From Bacteroidales bacterium (lineage in GTDB: Bacteria; Bacteroidota; Bacteroidia; Bacteroidales; WCHB1-69): a stretch of 64,000 nt of DNA. Below are positions 61,792-64,000 of the stretch, piece after piece. Positions within the stretch are counted from its first letter, which is position 1; the number at the start of each line of letters is the position of its first letter. The notes beneath the pieces were generated by a model. That model saw only the letters and a list, made by a program, of their open reading frames with translations. It had not been told where the DNA came from and made no database searches. Location of the stretch: positions 83,381 to 147,380 of the forward strand of contig JAKSMB010000003.1 of the NCBI GenBank assembly GCA_024400875.1, read 5' to 3'. Position numbers and translations under genes: made by a program.

Positions 61792-64000
61792 ATGAAGTTA
61801 TATAAACTAGTTTTAGTTCTTGTATCTGTTTTAATTACAGCATCTTATAGCTTGAATGCACAGATATTGCGCGAAGCTGACAACCTTTTTAGAGATTGCC
61901 AATATGAGAAAGCTTTGGATGCGTATAAGAAAGGTATCAAGAAACTTTCTTCAAACCGTGTTGAAATTCAACGTGCCACATTCCAAATCGCAGAGTGCTA
62001 TCGTATTATGGGCGACCTTAAGAAGGCTGAACAACAATACCTGCGTTTGGAAAAGAAAAACTACCAAAAGGATAACCCTATGATCCTTTTCCATTTGGGT
62101 AGCATCTATAACTTGCGTGGTGATTATGATTTGGCTTTGAAGTATTATCAAAACTTCAAAAAACGTGCCCCAGAAGATTCTCGTGCTGATGTGCGCATCG
62201 AGGGCTGTAAGAACTCAAAAATGTGGACGGAAAACCCTACTCGCTATGAGGTAGAGAACTTGAAAAAGTTCAATACCCGCGATGATGAATGGGCTCCACG
62301 TTGGGGTAACGACGAAAAAAGAAACTCCATTATCTTCACTTCTAACCGTGAAGGTTCAACGGGTAAAGGTACCGACCAATGGACCGGTGTTGCCTTCTCC
62401 GATATTTACATCTCCAACAAACCTAAAAGTAAAAATACAGAGTGGCCGGGTGAATGGTCTCCTGTTACTACACTTGACGAAGGTGGTGTCCTTAACTCTG
62501 GCGTGAATGAAGGTGAAGCATCCTCTAATAGAAAAGGTACGGTATACTACTTCACAAAATGTCCTCAAGATAAAAAGAAAGTTCAAGGTTGTTATATCTA
62601 CAAATCCATGAAGAAAGGTAAAGCTTGGGGCGAACCAGAATTGGTAGTCCTTGGCGACTCTTCCTTCAACTACGTACACCCAATCATCTCTGGTGATGAA
62701 TTGACAATCTACTTTGCTTCAAATATGGCAGGCGGTTTCGGTGGCTATGATATCTATATGGCTACCCGCGCAAAGAAATCTGGCAAGTTTACAAATGTTA
62801 CCAACTTGGGTCCGAACGTGAATACTGCCGGTCAGGAAGTATTCCCAGCTTTGCGTAACGACGAAGAGCTCTATTTCTCTTCCGATGGTTGGCCAGGTAT
62901 GGGTGGCCTCGACCTCTTCGTAAGCCATAAGAAAAATGGCGAATGGCAAACTCCAGAAAATTTGATGGTACCTATCAACTCCTCTTACGATGAAATTGGT
63001 ATCATCTTTGATGAAAATGAAGCTATCGATCCTAAATCCAAATCTCCATATTTGTCAAAAGGTTATTTCTCCTCCAACCGTCCTGGCGGTCGTGGCGGCG
63101 ACGATATCTATTACTTCCTCCTTCGTCCGTTGGTATATACCCTCTCTGGTTATATCCGCGACAAAAACAATGGTCAATATATGGACGGCGTAGAAGTTGA
63201 AATCGTTGGCTCTGATGGTACTTCTTATAAAACAACTACGGATGTTAAGGGTTACTATCACTTCGACAAAACTAAGATCTTAGGTGCTACTACTTATGAT
63301 ATCAAGGTTGCTAAGAAGGGCTATTGGGAAAATGGTAATACTGCTAAGGCTACAACCGTTGGCTTGGAAGAAAATACTGATCTCAAACAAGACTTCGCAT
63401 TGGAACCAATCCCAAAGGATCCTATCGTATTGCCTGAAATCCTTTACGATCTGGCAAAATGGGACCTCAAACCTCAGTATGAAGACTCTTTGATGTACCT
63501 CTATAACATTATGGTAAAGAACCCAACCATCGTAGTTGAGTTGCGTTCCCACACTGATGCTCGTGACACCGAAGAAAAGAACGAAGTCTTGTCACAAAAG
63601 CGTGCTCAATCTTGCGTCGACTTCCTCGTAAACAGAAAGGGTATTGCTGCTGATCGTATCGTTCCTAAAGGTTATGGTGAATATCGTCCACGTCGCCTTG
63701 AAAAAGATATGTACTCTTTCTATAAAGGTAAGAAGTTCTTCTTCGCAAAAGGTACTTATTTGACGGAAGACTATATCGCTACGTTGTCATCTAAAGATGA
63801 ACAGGAAGCTGCTCACGCTTTGAACCGTCGTACCGAGTTCATCATCTTGCGCGATGACTATGTTCCTTCCAATGATAAGATTGATAGCGTACGTCCAGGT
63901 GCTGGCATCGCCGTTATCCAACAAAGAACATTGCCTGTTACTATCGTAGGTGACGATGTTAAGGGTGCTTGCTTCGCTAATTCAAAATCTATGGAATTCA
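61792..64000 (+). CDS. Second OmpA-family protein with the PorE domain order (TPR, PD40 propeller, CarboxypepD_reg-like, OmpA_C). Its 3' end lies beyond the window.
   Basis: Hand translation from ATG 61792 gives MKLYKLVLVLVSVLITASYSLNAQ..., followed by TPR helices. PD40-like repeats are present (IIFTSNREGSTGKG, TVYYFTKC, ELTIYFASNMAGGFGGYDIY, EELYFSSDGWPGMGGLDLF, GYFSSNRPGGRGGDDIY). Then come LSGYIRDKNNGQYMDGVEVEIVGSDG and OmpA_C (ELRSHTDARDTEEKNEVLSQKRAQSCVDFL...NRRTEFIIL). There is no stop before 64000, which is why it is absent from the ORF track. Confidence 0.8.
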   Translation, partial: MKLYKLVLVLVSVLITASYSLNAQILREADNLFRDCQYEKALDAYKKGIKKLSSNRVEIQRATFQIAECYRIMGDLKKAEQQYLRLEKKNYQKDNPMILFHLGSIYNLRGDYDLALKYYQNFKKRAPEDSRADVRIEGCKNSKMWTENPTRYEVENLKKFNTRDDEWAPRWGNDEKRNSIIFTSNREGSTGKGTDQWTGVAFSDIYISNKPKSKNTEWPGEWSPVTTLDEGGVLNSGVNEGEASSNRKGTVYYFTKCPQDKKKVQGCYIYKSMKKGKAWGEPELVVLGDSSFNYVHPIISGDELTIYFASNMAGGFGGYDIYMATRAKKSGKFTNVTNLGPNVNTAGQEVFPALRNDEELYFSSDGWPGMGGLDLFVSHKKNGEWQTPENLMVPINSSYDEIGIIFDENEAIDPKSKSPYLSKGYFSSNRPGGRGGDDIYYFLLRPLVYTLSGYIRDKNNGQYMDGVEVEIVGSDGTSYKTTTDVKGYYHFDKTKILGATTYDIKVAKKGYWENGNTAKATTVGLEENTDLKQDFALEPIPKDPIVLPEILYDLAKWDLKPQYEDSLMYLYNIMVKNPTIVVELRSHTDARDTEEKNEVLSQKRAQSCVDFLVNRKGIAADRIVPKGYGEYRPRRLEKDMYSFYKGKKFFFAKGTYLTEDYIATLSSKDEQEAAHALNRRTEFIILRDDYVPSNDKIDSVRPGAGIAVIQQRTLPVTIVGDDVKGACFANSKSMEF

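Overview
This looks like a 64 kb chromosomal segment of a Bacteroidota genome, probably Bacteroidales or Prevotella-like. That assignment is an inference from four things: TAnnTTTG -7 promoter boxes in front of most operons, almost no Shine-Dalgarno sequences, T9SS C-terminal sorting domains, and a fused SecDF. About two thirds of the window is core housekeeping. That part includes rarA, udk, proS, mazG, trmB, the secE-nusG-rplKAJL-rpoBC block with a trailing DUF3467 gene, an ABC-F ATPase plus hflX, and nrdDG behind a cobalamin riboswitch. It also includes a minus-strand cell-envelope operon (ROK kinase, mltG, NlpC/P60, DUF3127, MlaD, amidase), an lptD-like gene and secDF. One tRNA-Gln(CUG) is present. 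I found no rRNA, CRISPR array, integrase, or recognisable defence or toxin system. Five regions are less ordinary. (1) There is a scattered set of type IX secretion items: a PorP/SprF gene whose frame is joined to rarA with no stop codon, a C10 peptidase with two CUB-like domains and a CTD, two genes with the PorE domain architecture, and a 3595-aa CTD-bearing giant surface protein built from two different Cys-bracketed repeat arrays. (2) A tight four-gene exported operon (6576-11858, minus strand) is led by a lipoprotein of extreme Tyr/His/Trp and Ser/Thr composition that ends in tandem 33-nt repeats. (3) A second Thr-rich, His/Tyr-rich secreted protein lies at 4578-5720. (4) A GC-rich, pyrimidine-skewed noncoding island sits next to an Rpn-family nuclease gene that is flanked by direct repeats. 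(5) The DUF3467 gene follows rpoC by 10 nt and the ABC-F and HflX genes are only 28 nt apart. I cannot show that any of these is a truly new system from sequence alone. The envelope operon and the giant T9SS cargo locus are my best candidates. All homology calls come from reading motifs by eye, since no database searches could be run.
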